Origin: Amoebidium appalachense
Lineage: Eukaryota; Protista; Ichthyosporea
Reading direction: 5' to 3'
NCBI GenBank assembly: GCA_963693365.1
Contig: CAVNZM010000005.1
Span: forward strand, 1,860,001 to 1,924,000
DNA: 64,000 nt
This document shows, piece after piece, positions 1-13,204 of the stretch (positions within the stretch are counted from its first letter, which is position 1; every line of letters begins with the position of its first letter). Under the pieces are notes generated by a model. It searched no databases. It saw nothing but the letters and a program-made list of their open reading frames with translations, and had not been told where the DNA came from. Position numbers and translations under genes: made by a program.

Positions 1-309
1 GTGTGTGTGTGTGTATGTGTGTGTGTGTGTGTGTGAATGAGTGAGCGTGTGTGTGTGGGTGTGTGCGTGTGTGCGTGCGACGTGCGTGCCTGCCTGCCTG
101 CATGTGTGTGTGTGTGCGTGCTAGCTGAAGACGTGTAGGATGGGGGGAGGGAGGGGGTACAATGTGTTACGAAGTGCAAGTACCCATTCATGACAGAGAA
201 AGGCATACAGATATTGCAGAAAAGAGCACACACAAGGGTTATGCATCATGAGTAGAGCCGATCCTCGAGCAAGAGGAGGAGGAGGGGGGAGGGGGGAAAG
301 AGTGGGGGA

Positions 310-347
<38 letters not shown>

Positions 348-2395
348 ACCTGTGTGGGGTATAAGTGATGAGCGCTTCTGCATGCCCTCTCTCACGGCAT
401 CAATCCACAGGTCTAGGAGGTCTGCCTCTCTGACCTTGCCCTGGTATCTGCACACCAGATAAAGAGTTCAGTATGCGATTTAGACTTAAAAGAGGAAAAA
501 AGTGAATGATGGAAAGTGATAGAGGTGGCCATGTGATCATCGGTAGGCGGTTGATAAACATTCTCAATAGTGGGGAGGATAATGAACATTCACAGGTCTT
601 GTCACGGCTTTTCCCTACTCCAAAAATGTATGGGCAATGTATCTGGATACACATGTATCCACGCGAGTGAGCGCGCACGCACACACACACATACACACAG
701 ACGCACACACACATACGCACACACGTGCGAGTGCGCGGCTTACACACTTACACAGACACACACCGTGGGGAGGGGAGGGGGGAAGGGGGAGAGGGGAGGG
801 GGGGAAGGGGGGGGGGGGGGGGGGGTTACCCCAGCAGAGCCACTGCATCCTGAAGATAGATGATGAGATGACCCTTGCGGCTTTGCACAGCAAGTCCCTT
901 GATCTGAGATTGCAATGGTGTGAGAAATAAAGAGAAGGGTCAAAAGGTATTTATGGAGCAAGTCCTTTGATCTGAGATTGCAATGGTGTGAGAAATAAAG
1001 AGAAGTTATTTGTGGAGGTGTGATTTTGGGTGGGAGATGTGTGGTGCCGTGCATGATTTAATTGGCTTGGTTATGCATGCATTTGGCGCAGTGGCGTGTA
1101 TATAACTTAGTTCAACGTATGGCCTGCACAGGGCTGATTGGTGTTTGGTGTGTGTGCTTCTGGGACTTCGTGTGTGAATCCAAAAAGCACATTTTCTTTT
1201 CGGTAAACGGGCAAAAAAGTTGGGTGAAAGGGGGGAGGGGGGGGGGGGGGGGGGGGGGGGGTTGTCATTGCTATCCAGTACCTTTGCAGGTTGTGTCAGT
1301 ATGGGTTCAAGAGATGCCACCACGTAGTCCCTCAGGGGGCCATCTTTGCAGATCTGAATGCACACATCAGCACTTGGCCCTCCCCCCCCCCCCCCCCCGC
1401 CACACACACACATACACACACGCCCACGCACACACACGCACACACACACCTTACCTCTCCCTCCGTGCTCACTTCTTTGCTTCACAGCCTTGAATCCCAT
1501 CCAGTCACCACCAACAAGCGCCCTCCCCTCCCCCCCCCTCCCCCCCCCCCCCCCCCCCCCCCCCCCGGCCGTCCTTCTCACCTCCCCCCCCTCCCTCCCC
1601 CTCCCTCTCCCCCCCCTCCCCTCCCCCCCCCCTCCCTCCCCCCTCCCTCCTTCCCCCCCCCCCCCCCCCCCCAAAAAAAAAAAAAAAAAGAAAGAAAGAA
1701 AGAAAAGAAAAGAAGAAACCAAAGAGCAAAGAGCACACATCCACATGCTTACAGGCACAAACCGTTGCATCAGTATACAAAGACCAACTGCAAATTTTCC
1801 CCACCACAACAACCCACCCAACACCGAATCTCTCTTAACCGACCCACCCTACCTAGCCTCCCCCTTCCCCACCCACTCCCACCCCACCCCCCACTCCCCC
1901 ATCCCCCATTTCCCCCCCCTTGTCACCAATACCCAAGAGATAAACAGCACCATGCCAACACCTCCACGCCAACTCTTCAAAATAATACCACCCCCCCCCC
2001 CCCCCCCCCCCCCCCCTCCCCCCGCCCACCCTCACCCCCGCCCCACCACCACCACCACCACCACCACCACCACCACCACCACCACAGACCCATCCCCGTC
2101 TTCTGATATGCATTTGAGTCTGAGAATAAATATAAGATATTCGGTTGAACTTGCACTCTACAGTTGAACAGCCAGACCTCCGAATATGCCCAACTTTCAT
2201 ATCTGAAGCACATGCACAAAATGCCTCTCCCAGCTATCCCCCCGTCTGCTTAGCCTATGTAGAAGAGGCCACAACTTACCGGGAAAGAGACAGAGCCGAT
2301 CGTTTGCTCGTCGAAGAAACCTAAGTGTACAAAAAAAAAGTCGATTTATATCACCAAATGTTTGGGAAACAGCAAACCGGAGGCCAAGGCAGGAG

Positions 2396-2441
<46 letters not shown>

Positions 2442-3171
2442 GGGGGGGGGGGGGGAGGAGGGGGGAGGGGGGAGGGGGGGAGGGGGGGGGGGGGGGGGGG
2501 ACAGTCACTACTTATCAAGGCATATAGAAGAGGTCATTCTTCGAAATCCTGTTGCGCTTTCCGTCAAGCCACAGCAACAAAACTTAATGCTTATTAACTA
2601 TAAGTAGTCCCTCGTCCCCTTCTCCCCCCCCCCCCATCCTCCCCCTCTCCTCCCCCCCTCCCCCCTGCTCCCCCCCCATGCACAACCATGCCCACAAGCG
2701 CGCTGGCGCAAGCAGGCATACACGCAACACCATCAGTCACGACCGGTCCCACCCATACGCCTTCCCCGTCACTTCTTCCTCTCCTTCTCCCCCCTCCCCC
2801 CCCTCACCCCCTCGCCTCCCCTCCCTCCTCAAACAACCAACACCACCACCGCCACCATCGCCACACATACACGTAGACATTCTCACCAAATGCTCCCCAC
2901 ACACCCGAAAAAACTCCCTTCCCCCATTCCCCCTCTCACGCACCCCCTCCCCTGGGGCTCCAGAATTTAAAAAAAAGTAGAAGCAAGAGGGTTTTGACAA
3001 GGGGGACAGCGAGGACAAATAGCAAGACCGAGGGAATCAGGACATGAGCAACGCAGGAAAGCGCGGTCGGAACTTTACATCTCTTGTGGGTAACGGGAAT
3101 GAGAAGATTTGCACAAGCATGTAGCTGCCTTACTGTGGGCTGCCCGGGGAGGAGGGTGGGGGGTGGGGGGT

Positions 3172-3202
<31 letters not shown>

Positions 3203-3480
3203 TTACATTTTGGATAGATGCATTTTTCAAAGAGAAAAAGTGTGACTGCCAGCTCAGCCAGCTTCTGAATGCTTGCTGCTGCAGTTTGAATATTGTCAGC
3301 AGGAAACATCAATCCAGTACTAGGATGACGAAGATAAGAGAGGGGAAGTACACGTCTATCTCTTGTGTCTGCTCGCTCTTCAAAAAGCATTCTCCTGTGC
3401 ATGCTGCATACGAAAAAATTTCTTGCACATCGTTTTGTTAAGCACAAAGGCACGTGCAAACATTCTGATGCAGAGGCATC
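348..3480 (-). CDS. Putative multi-exon gene, unknown product (partial; boundaries approximate)
   Basis: Non-repetitive islands with minus-strand GT/AG borders translate plausibly: ~3205-3480 (ECLHVPLCLTKRCARNFFVCSMHRRMLFEERADTRDRRVLPLSYLRHPSTG...), ~1281-1353 (ICKDGPLRDYVVASLEPILTQPAK), ~830-903 (DLLCKAARVISSSIFRMQWLCW), ~350-448 (YQGKVREADLLDLWIDAVREGMQKRSSLIPHT). No family recognised; further exons may lie at ~5950-6050 and ~6700-6810. Confidence 0.45.
889..1005. repeat. 49-bp direct duplication (889-937 and 957-1005)
   Basis: AGCAAGTCC(C/T)TTGATCTGAGATTGCAATGGTGTGAGAAATAAAGAGAAG occurs twice with 1 mismatch and includes a minus-strand splice acceptor. Confidence 0.9.
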
Positions 3481-4058
3481 TAAATGCAACCCCCCTCCTC
3501 CCCCCCCCCCCCCCCCCCTCCTCCCCCTCCCCTTTGACCCAACACACACACACACCCACACACACAAAAAAAAAAAAAAGAAAAAAAAAAAACCAGGTAA
3601 GACACAGCCACGGTGCAATCTCCAGTGTCCGTTTCCCTCCCCGTCCCAACTTAAGCCACTTTCCCCACAATCTGAGTATCTCCATGTAAGGCAACGGGCA
3701 ATCTCGAGCAGACAGTAGAGTGTGGAAGAACGAGGGGCAGGGGGGGGAAGGGGGGGGGGAGAAGGGGGGGGGGGGGGGGGGGGGGGGGGGGGAACAAGAC
3801 ATTCAACAGGGAAACGGAAGGAGCCTCAAAGGGACGGCACTGCGGAGTTTGAGTTGCAAGGGACTTAACCAGTAGTGCGGACAGGGTACTATAATCAGAA
3901 AAGAAATACACAAAGGTATAGTGGGGGAGAGAGGGTAAGGGGACCACTGGAAGGGAGAATTAGGGAGAGAAAAAACGCGCTGCACTGCATGAATAGCTGG
4001 ACCGGGCAGGCACGAGGGCCTCCCCCCCCCCCCTCCCTCCCCCCTCCCCCCCCCTGCC

Positions 4059-4095
<37 letters not shown>

Positions 4096-4164
4096 AGAGG
4101 GAGGGCAGGAGACCTGGGGGGAGGGGGTGGGGGGGAGTATGTGTGTGTGTGTGTGCGTGCGTGC

Positions 4165-4231
<67 letters not shown>

Positions 4232-4357
4232 TGCGTGCGTGTAAGAGAGTGAGAGAGAGTGTGTGTGTGTGTGTGTGTGTGCGCGAGCGGGCGAGAGAGA
4301 GAGGGGGGGGGGGGGGGGGGAAGGGGAGAGAGAGAGAGAGTGAGAGAGTGAGAGAGT

Positions 4358-4477
<120 letters not shown>

Positions 4478-5864
4478 GGAGAGGGAGATAGAGAGGGGGA
4501 GAAAGGGGGGAGGGAATTGGGGGAGATGTAGAGTGACAGGGGTGAGGGGAGTTGAGTAAGTGAGAATGGGTGGGATGAAAGGGCGTGAGGGGCGGGGTAA
4601 GGGAGAAGGGGAGTTAAACACAAGGGTTGAAGAAGTTGATGCCCGGAAAGCTGTTATAATGAACAACACTCGAACTTGTTACCTTTGGCTGCAGCCTCTA
4701 TGTGCCATCCTAGTGAGTCTGAGCACGCTGGCATTCATAACACCTGCCGCCTCAGGCAGCCAAAAATGGTGCAATATAAGGGTTATTTTTAGGTCAACAC
4801 TCTGTCTGAAACGGCAAGTTTGCGCCGTTCGGAAGGTTCCGCGTCCCCAAACCGGTACGTGTTTACGTGGACAACATCATCATACTAAGATGACCAACAG
4901 CCTCCTGCATCAGCCCCATAGAATACCATGTTGTAGCATAAATTTATTTACAGAATAAGTAGGCATGTAGGCATTAAGGGCACGTATGTGTTTGCATCCC
5001 GCCTCACAGGTCAGCAGCTATATAGCGTACTTGTAGGTGTCACCGTGTCACCTCAGCGAGTCAGCGGCCTGGGGCACGGCCCTGCCGTGCCTGGGGGCTG
5101 GGGCCTTTCGCGCCAAAATCACACATCCGATTGGCTAGATGAGGAATTCACGTCATCACCTTGTGATCATGTAGGCTTAAAGTCTGTCAGCTAAGCTAGA
5201 TTCAAGCCTTCCAAGACTGCACTGCACTGCAGGGATATTCACAAACCTGCGGCATCATTGTTTTGCAAATTATAAGACATATGTATATATATGTAAAGAT
5301 AATAAAGAAAGTAAGCTTTTTGGAGCGTCTGGCATTAGCGCCACGGGATACATAAACACTTGAAATGGTACCGGTGCGCTCCTGCACTATGTATGTAGTC
5401 ATGATCAAGATGTGCGCATGCTGTTTTGTGCACTTTCAAGCTTCAAGAGGCCGCACATCGTTCCAGCTTCAATACATGTACATTTTTTGAGAAAACTCCT
5501 CAGGTGAATCACGAATTATTTATTAACACGCTGCGTACATAATAAACAGCACATTCCCCGATAAACAACACACATTCCCTCCACCTTTCAAAGTGTCGCC
5601 GAAAATCTTAACAGCACATTTCCCCCATGCATGGCCATCTTTACACTTGCACATTCCACCCCAGGGCAGCCAGGGCCATGCGTGCAACTGGAAATGATGG
5701 TCATGATGCTTGTTATTACTGTAATGAATTATAGGTGACACTCACGGAAGACCACTGACTACTGTAACTGTATACGTATATATATAACAAACATAAAATA
5801 GTATTGTACATGAGTCGGAGAGAGGTGCACGTCTCATGATTTTTTATTTTTTTTTTCCAGGGGT

Positions 5865-5902
<38 letters not shown>

Positions 5903-6344
5903 CGCTCAACTTTCACGTGCACGTGCACGTACTACGTGTAACCGACTCACGAGCCCGATGCTCGGCACCAGGCCAGCAAGCTCCATAAATCTGGATGATG
6001 GTGACCAGGCTGAGCCACAAGTTTGAAGTCGTCTTGCACCAGTAGCCGTACTACATATGTGTAAGCCATTATTATAGATTGGAGTTCACGGTCAGCTGCA
6101 GGCTGGGTGACTAGTGCATCGCTCACAATAATTATGTACCGTAGGCTACTAAGCTCATAAAAATTAGTTTAATAGTTTAAAACTGTGAGCTTATAAGTTG
6201 CAGGAGCTGGGGTAGTCGGGTTGAAGGTTCACGTGGATTACGGTATCTGTTCCGGCATGTATACATACATGTACACACACACATGTATACACACACACAG
6301 CACACACACCATTGCTATCCACACACGCACACGCGCGCACACAA

Positions 6345-6382
<38 letters not shown>

Positions 6383-6474
6383 ACACACACACGCACACAC
6401 ACAGACACACACGCACACAGACACACACACACACACACACACACTGTGCGCGTGTGCGTGCGTGTGTGTGCGTG

Positions 6475-6528
<54 letters not shown>

Positions 6529-6529
6529 C

Positions 6530-6560
<31 letters not shown>

Positions 6561-8993
6561 TGTGTGCGTGTGCGTGTTTGTGTGCGGGGGGGGGGGGGGG
6601 GGGGGGGAGGGGGTCTTTCAATAGTCACCCTCCTTCCCGCCCCCCGTCCCCTCCCCCACGCTCCCCCCCCGCCTCCCCTCCCCCCTTCACGCCCCTAGCA
6701 CCAAAAAGAAAGCTGCCGCAGGATGCCCATCTGCCGGGATGATAACAAACGACTGAAATAAACTGCCGCATGCGCTGCTCAAAATTTTCGAAGGTACAAC
6801 AAAACCCTTGCAAGTAAACGTTGGTGAGATTTCTCGCGCCTTAGGAGGAAGATGCGGAATGCTCGTAGAAATGCGCAGATGCACTATGGCTACCCGTAAG
6901 CTCCACATACATTAGAGTCTATACAGCCTACTCCTGTTGCTCTTTTGGCCCACGTGCAGGCTGTGTGTGGACCGCGGCACGCTTCACTATCTTTGCGCCA
7001 TCTTCAACACGCAACCAATCGGGACAGATAACCAATCAGCAGATCGTTGCCATGCTCGAGTTTGAGAACTACGTCACGGCAACTCGTGGACTCTGTGACA
7101 CTGTTATGATTGGAGCAGAATGCCTTCAACCTTCAAAGTTGACGGAGGGTCTAAATACTTGACTCTTGGAACTCGAGAGCTTTTTGGAGCACCTAGAGCA
7201 CTTTTTGCTCAAAGCAGAGTCAAATTATCGTTGAATATCTTTATCATACTTTTACCATCATAGGCATTAGTGTACTCTGACGTGTACATCTTACGAGTAA
7301 GTTACGACTTTGCATGCAGGCTGAGGCTGAGCCTTTTCAATCGAACATTATGATTGGATTAGCGTCATGTTTTACTAATTACAGTAGTGGATCTACCCTG
7401 CTACAGGCTACAGCCTAGTGGGCCAGCTTGTGGGGGCCTATAAAAAGGCCGAACGGTCACCAGTGCTGCTTCACTGCACGCCATAGTCGCCATTCAGTTC
7501 ATCACTTTCGTGCAGACCCTGTGTCTACGGAATACGCACGAGTTTCAGAATGGACCAACACAGTTTTTTGTTGTGTAAGATTCTCTGCCTCCTGACCTCG
7601 AGGAAACAAGAGACCAGGACAAGAGTAGCTAGGCCGGTGTTGTAGTTGTGTTGCCCCCGATCGCGAGCAGATATGCCAACACTCTATGCCAACACTCCGA
7701 GGCATGTCAGAGTTGGATGAATTCTTTCAATGCCCTTGTTGTTATCCAGACGCGAAAATCGTTCTTTCATCTTCCTTCATCATGACAGTTGTAGCACTGG
7801 AAACCCATTTTCATGTTGAAAAGCACAGGCAAAAAGGGCAACCGCTGTATTGTAAAGCTGCATGCATGGCTGCATAGCGCTAGCGCTAGCTTCCAGCATG
7901 TAATATTGTGTTCGTGCAGCAATAGCATGTGTTTGCGTTCCTGGGTTTTGTTTTTCTGGCCTCCCACAACTCTCAGCGTTTGCACTTAGTTTATTCTAAA
8001 ATTTTCAGTCGTTTGACGTTTGTGTCCACGCAGAATTGTGTTCAAGTGGTAGGCCACATACTCAATTTTGAGTTATTCGCATGTGCAGTGCACTAGTACT
8101 GTTCTTGAAAAACACGCCCATTCTAACATGGGTTTTACTACAGGCAGCCAACTGGGCCCATACCAGCTGGCAAGCTATAAGAAGCCCCCACGTATACGGA
8201 CATCAAGAGAACCTACAATGAGGCCACCATACAGTGTGCACTGAGAGGGGCTGCAGGGGTGATACCAAACCACGACCGGTGGTGGTGACCAGCACTGCCC
8301 AGCTGCAGCATCTCGACGAGGGCAAGAAAAAAACTAGGAAAGAACGTGGTGTCAGATTTGGAGCCAGGGCTCGACAACGGGGGACCCTGCCACCTACCAC
8401 GTCATCAAGAACCATCACACAAACGGTAAGGGGCATAGTGCATGTGCGCCTTCTGACTCTGTCCTCCGTGCCCGCTGCCAGTTAGCGGCCTCCGCGGTCT
8501 TTCTCTTCCTTTGCTGCCTCGTCCTGTGGGCACCCACTTCAGAGTTTCGTTGTTCGTTTCTAGCCTTTTTCCTTCCTATCTCTCCCTTGCTTGCGTGTCA
8601 GCGGGAAAACTTCCGTCACTTCCAAAACCTGTGCACTCCCACGGCTCCCTGTGGTTAGTGCGCACAGCTGGGCTATGGAGCAGCAGGGGCCTAAGGGATA
8701 GGATTTGTTTGACAATGTTCTCCCCACTTGTAAAAGTGTGGGGGGCCCGACATATGTTCTGCTCTTTTGGCAGGGGGTGGTGGGGGGCGGGAGGTACTGG
8801 GGCAGCCGTGTGTCCCAACTGGTAGCGAATATCGCGCTGGAAAGGAGTGACGGGCCCCCAGGCACCAAATCTTCTTACCAAAATACGTTTTGTAGTTTTG
8901 GTTGGAGAAATGGTGGCTGGGGGCCGCCCACCACAGTGTTCGAACGTTTGGTCAGTTGGTTGCCATGCACTAACCCCTTACCCTCCCTCGCAG

Positions 8994-9754
8994 AAAACGT
9001 GCTCTGCAACTGCTGCGACTGGTTTATGGTTCCGCGGCTCGACTCACATGGCCCAGAGCGCCACGATGATATGTTTTTCAATCCGTTCACCGACAAGAGC
9101 TGCTGCCGTGGCTGTTTGAGCATCCAGGCTGACGTGGGGCCCATGTGGGAGGCCTTTGACGTCCCCTTTGTTTTCCGGTTCCTCCCCCCCGACTACATAA
9201 AAACCCCGCGGGTATGGGCCATCCACTCCGAGCCGGCCAAGTTCGTCGCGGCCAATCAGAATCGAGCAATCAAGTTGCTGGGGTTTCCGAAAAACACCTG
9301 TTTGGTGTGCTCCGCAGAAAAGAAGCACAAAGTCATAGCGCACGTCGACCCCTTGAAGCGCAAAACGGACGGAAAACGGGGGGAAAATCCTGACGCAGAC
9401 CGGCTGATCAACCTGCTCGAGAGTTGCCCCGGATGCAACCCCATGTACACATGCAACATGCTCGACTATGTGTGGGAACGTGAGATGGAGATTGGCAACG
9501 AGGCAGGGGCCCAAGCCCGCCTGAGGCGGATAGCCATGGCCCAGTATGTGCCCTATGTCGTGGAGCCCGGCATCCAGAACCTGTTTGTGGGGTTTGGCAA
9601 TGAGAGTCAGCAGCTTGCTACGTTTGTGCAGCGCGTGCTCCGCCCCGCGGGGTTTGCAAAGTATGTCGATTGCCTGCGCCTGACGGAGAAAGAGATTGCC
9701 CTGTTTGATAGCATTGCGGAGAATGCAAGGAAGAAAAGGGATGATGCCATTTGA
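8994..9754 (+). CDS. Terminal exon of a Cys-rich protein with an HNH/His-Me endonuclease-like motif
   Basis: Part of the 349-aa ORF 8705-9754. A branch point (CACTAAC) and acceptor (CTCGCAG) precede 8994. Contains CLVC-x9-AHVDP-x18-NLLESCPGCN, resembling the Zn-binding HNH pattern CxxC...HxxP...NL...CxxCN. Upstream exons are uncertain. Confidence 0.65.
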
Positions 9755-10880
9755 GGTGTCGAATCACTGATTTACGTGTGCTTGTACGTATTCTCAGAGT
9801 GGTATTGCAGAATGTGTTGGCCGATCTCACAGCAACAGCCTATATATGCTCACCACAATGGCTGTGATCTTAAGGGGCTCCAAGTTAGCACAAAAATGAC
9901 CCGATAATTCCCCCTCTGAATGACTATTGCGCTTGGTGCTTTTGTACCATTTTGGGTTTGAGGACGTTGTTATGATAAAATTCTTGCCCAGTATCTGAAA
10001 ACAGTCACGTAGAGTCTGCTGCAAGTTGTTGTTCAATAAGGGCTACCTGAGTGGGACCCCTAAATGGTGTGTCTTTTTCAACATTCCGTCTGAATATCCG
10101 AAGTTAACACATTTGGCAAACTCAATATAACAGTAAGTGATGATTGTCTGGGATTGTGTACTGTCCACATGGAGCTAGAGTAATAGCACAATTTAGCCCA
10201 ACTACTACGGGTCTGTGAATGACTCTGGTCGATCGATATCCTTGAATACTCTTGGTATTATCATTTTTTTAACCATAAGCAATGATTTGCTTGGCGCCGG
10301 TTAACTAGGCAATCATCCAGAAGTACTTGCGCAATTTTGGCCGAGTGTGGCTTGTGAAGTTCTAGAAATAAAATGGAATGTTCGGCTTTTTGGTGGACAC
10401 GCGTTTTGTGTGCGAAATTTGGCGCATGTTTAAATACTTCATTGGTGCTAAGTGGGGCTTAACATCAGCGTTATGCTCGTGTTTGCATCCGCATGAGCCT
10501 CTCAGTACTGGGAATCCGTGTGCACACCTGTGACTCTGTTTTTGGGAAGTGCGTTTGCACGTATCGATTTGTTTGTGTGCAACGCACACACGGTGTATGT
10601 ATGATTGCAAAGCGCTCAAGCCCGCGCACGAGTGGTATTTTATGTTTTTTTGTTTGTTTTTTGTTTTTTTTGTGTGTGTGTGGGTGTTTGTGGCACGGTG
10701 TGTGTGTCTTTGTGTGTGTGCATATGTGCGCACTCGTGTGTGTGTGTCTGTGCGTGTGTGTGTGAGGGTGTTTGTGTGGGTGCTTGTGTGTGTGTATGTG
10801 CTTGTGTGTGATTGTGTGTGCGTGTGTGGGTCCTGGTGTGGGTCCTTGTGTGTGTGTGTGTGATTGTGTGTGTAGGCCAC

Positions 10881-10935
<55 letters not shown>

Positions 10936-11020
10936 TTGTGTGTGTGGATCCTTGTGTGTGTGTGTGTCGCCATCACCTGGTACCCCTTTTGTCTTGATAC
11001 GCCTATCCCTCCCCCCCCCC

Positions 11021-11073
<53 letters not shown>

Positions 11074-11783
11074 AGAAAAAAAGGAAAAAGAAACCACTCA
11101 CCCAACCCCACAGTCACTGTCGTAGTCGATTAGGATTCCCCCTTGTAACGTTCCCACTCTACCCTCCCTATTGCCCTTCCAAGAGCCCCCCTCCCCCCCC
11201 CCTCCCCCCCTCACCCCAGGGGGGCACTCCCGAAAGAAAAGGAAGGAAGCATAGCAATAGAACACGTGCATCCCTTTAGAATGCAATAGCATTCCCAATC
11301 AGCTGCAGTCAGGACCATACACTTAGGGTCGTGCAAGGTGCTATCGATCAGAAAACACCTGGCAGCATACCAGCCAGTTTCTTTATTTGACCATCTAGAC
11401 TATATTCAAGTAATCATGCAATGCCGATTAAAGGCTTCTAGTTTAAATCTGTACACCCTAAGATGAGATATAACGTGTGTCTTAACAGCGTGAATGTCTA
11501 TGTACGGTATGTGGTGTTCTATGTACTATGCATCTACAACTGTATAATTATATCACGATCTTCATCAGATTCTATGTGCATGTGCCTTTATGTACAATCA
11601 AATAGTATGTACATCGTAAACTTTGTATCATATCATTTCCACGGGGCTATACATGCAATGGTGACATGCCGGCAAGCTATCATCTCTTTATGTTATCATC
11701 GTGCAGCCGAATTCCAAATCTTTGTATAAAAACTTCAAGATTATGCACATAACCAAACCCACTGGAGAAAAAAGCTCATCACC

Positions 11784-12134
11784 TTACAAGTTTGCACCAG
11801 GGATGAACATCCATGCCTTGGGTCCAGGCTCGGGGCCAGGGTTCGAATATCCCGAGGCTCCGACCTTCTCCACACCATCCTTGTTGAGATATGTGAGATA
11901 GTCCTCCCAGAACGAGGGGGCACCCTCCCAGGGGTCATCTGCAAGGGTGCGGTCGGTGGCATAGAAATAGTCAAAGCCGGCCTTCTGGGCCACAGAGGCC
12001 TGGCTCATGGCAAACTCACGGCTGCCACTGTTGGGTGAAGGGGGTGATAGGTCAGTGAACGGGTAGGCAAAGTGTTCTTGGTTACAGTTTTTATTTGGTG
12101 TTCTTCCCCTCTCCTCCCTCTCCTCCTTCCCCTC

Positions 12135-12166
<32 letters not shown>

Positions 12167-13151
12167 TGTCTTTGTGCGCCGGGGGGGAGGGGTGGAGGGG
12201 AAAGGGGGAAGGAGGGTAAAGCACATGCATCGAGGGAGGAGAGCGGGAGGGATGGAGGGGTTACGAAAGCTAATCTAAGGTACAATTACATGCACCGGAG
12301 GGGAAGAGGGGGAGGTGGGGAGCAGCGAAAGCTATCAACTTGTGAAAGGGAGATTCAAGTGCTACCTGGCTATATTTATAAGGATCAAGTACCATATTCA
12401 TTTCATATGTTTACTCGCCTGTGCATGACGGCAGCAACCGAGATCTTGTGAGTCTCGACGGCAGCCTTGAAGGGCTCCACGTTGTCGGCCTTTGGCACGT
12501 ACTGTTGGTGACGTCATATTAGTGAGGGCAAGTGACGTCACACTTTGTGGGTGAAACCATGGAACCACCAGTTGGTAATACGCCATATTGCACATACACA
12601 GCCTGATGTCCTACGAAGGACCACAAGTCGGTGTCCCCAGGGGGAAGGAAGCAAGAGAACGGGGTGGAGTGAGGTGGGGAGTTTCCGGGGGGGGTAGGGG
12701 GAAATGGTTGAAGATGGTACCAAGAACAGGGAGACGATTTAGAAGAGGAGTAGAGAAAGAAGGTGGAAAGGAAAGGGGGGCGGGAGGGGGGGGGGGGGGG
12801 GGGGGGGGGGGAGCGGAGAAATATACCGGGCACCAGGGGCCGGGGCCGAAGTTGCCATACTGGCGGGTCCACTGGACATCACCACAGTCACCACTGGGGG
12901 GGCTCCAGACTTTTGCGAAATTTTCAATTGGGATGGAGATGTCGGCGGGATGTTCGAACCCATTTTGGGGGTCGGCTTCAACCAGGCGCAGATCCACAAA
13001 GGCTCCTGGGTTGAGGACAATGATGTTCTTGGGGTTCTTGCCCTTGATGTAGTTGATTATCTGATTGGGAGGTGTATGTTTTAGATATTTGAGTTTAACC
13101 TGTACATATACCTTTTGGTCGTGTTTTGAAAGAAAGGGCGAGGGTGGGGGC

Positions 13152-13204
<53 letters not shown>

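Noticed and set aside
2397-2500. Functional G-quadruplex arrays in poly-G runs
   Set aside because: Such runs are ubiquitous here and their lengths may be inflated by long-read homopolymer error, so there is no locus-specific signal.
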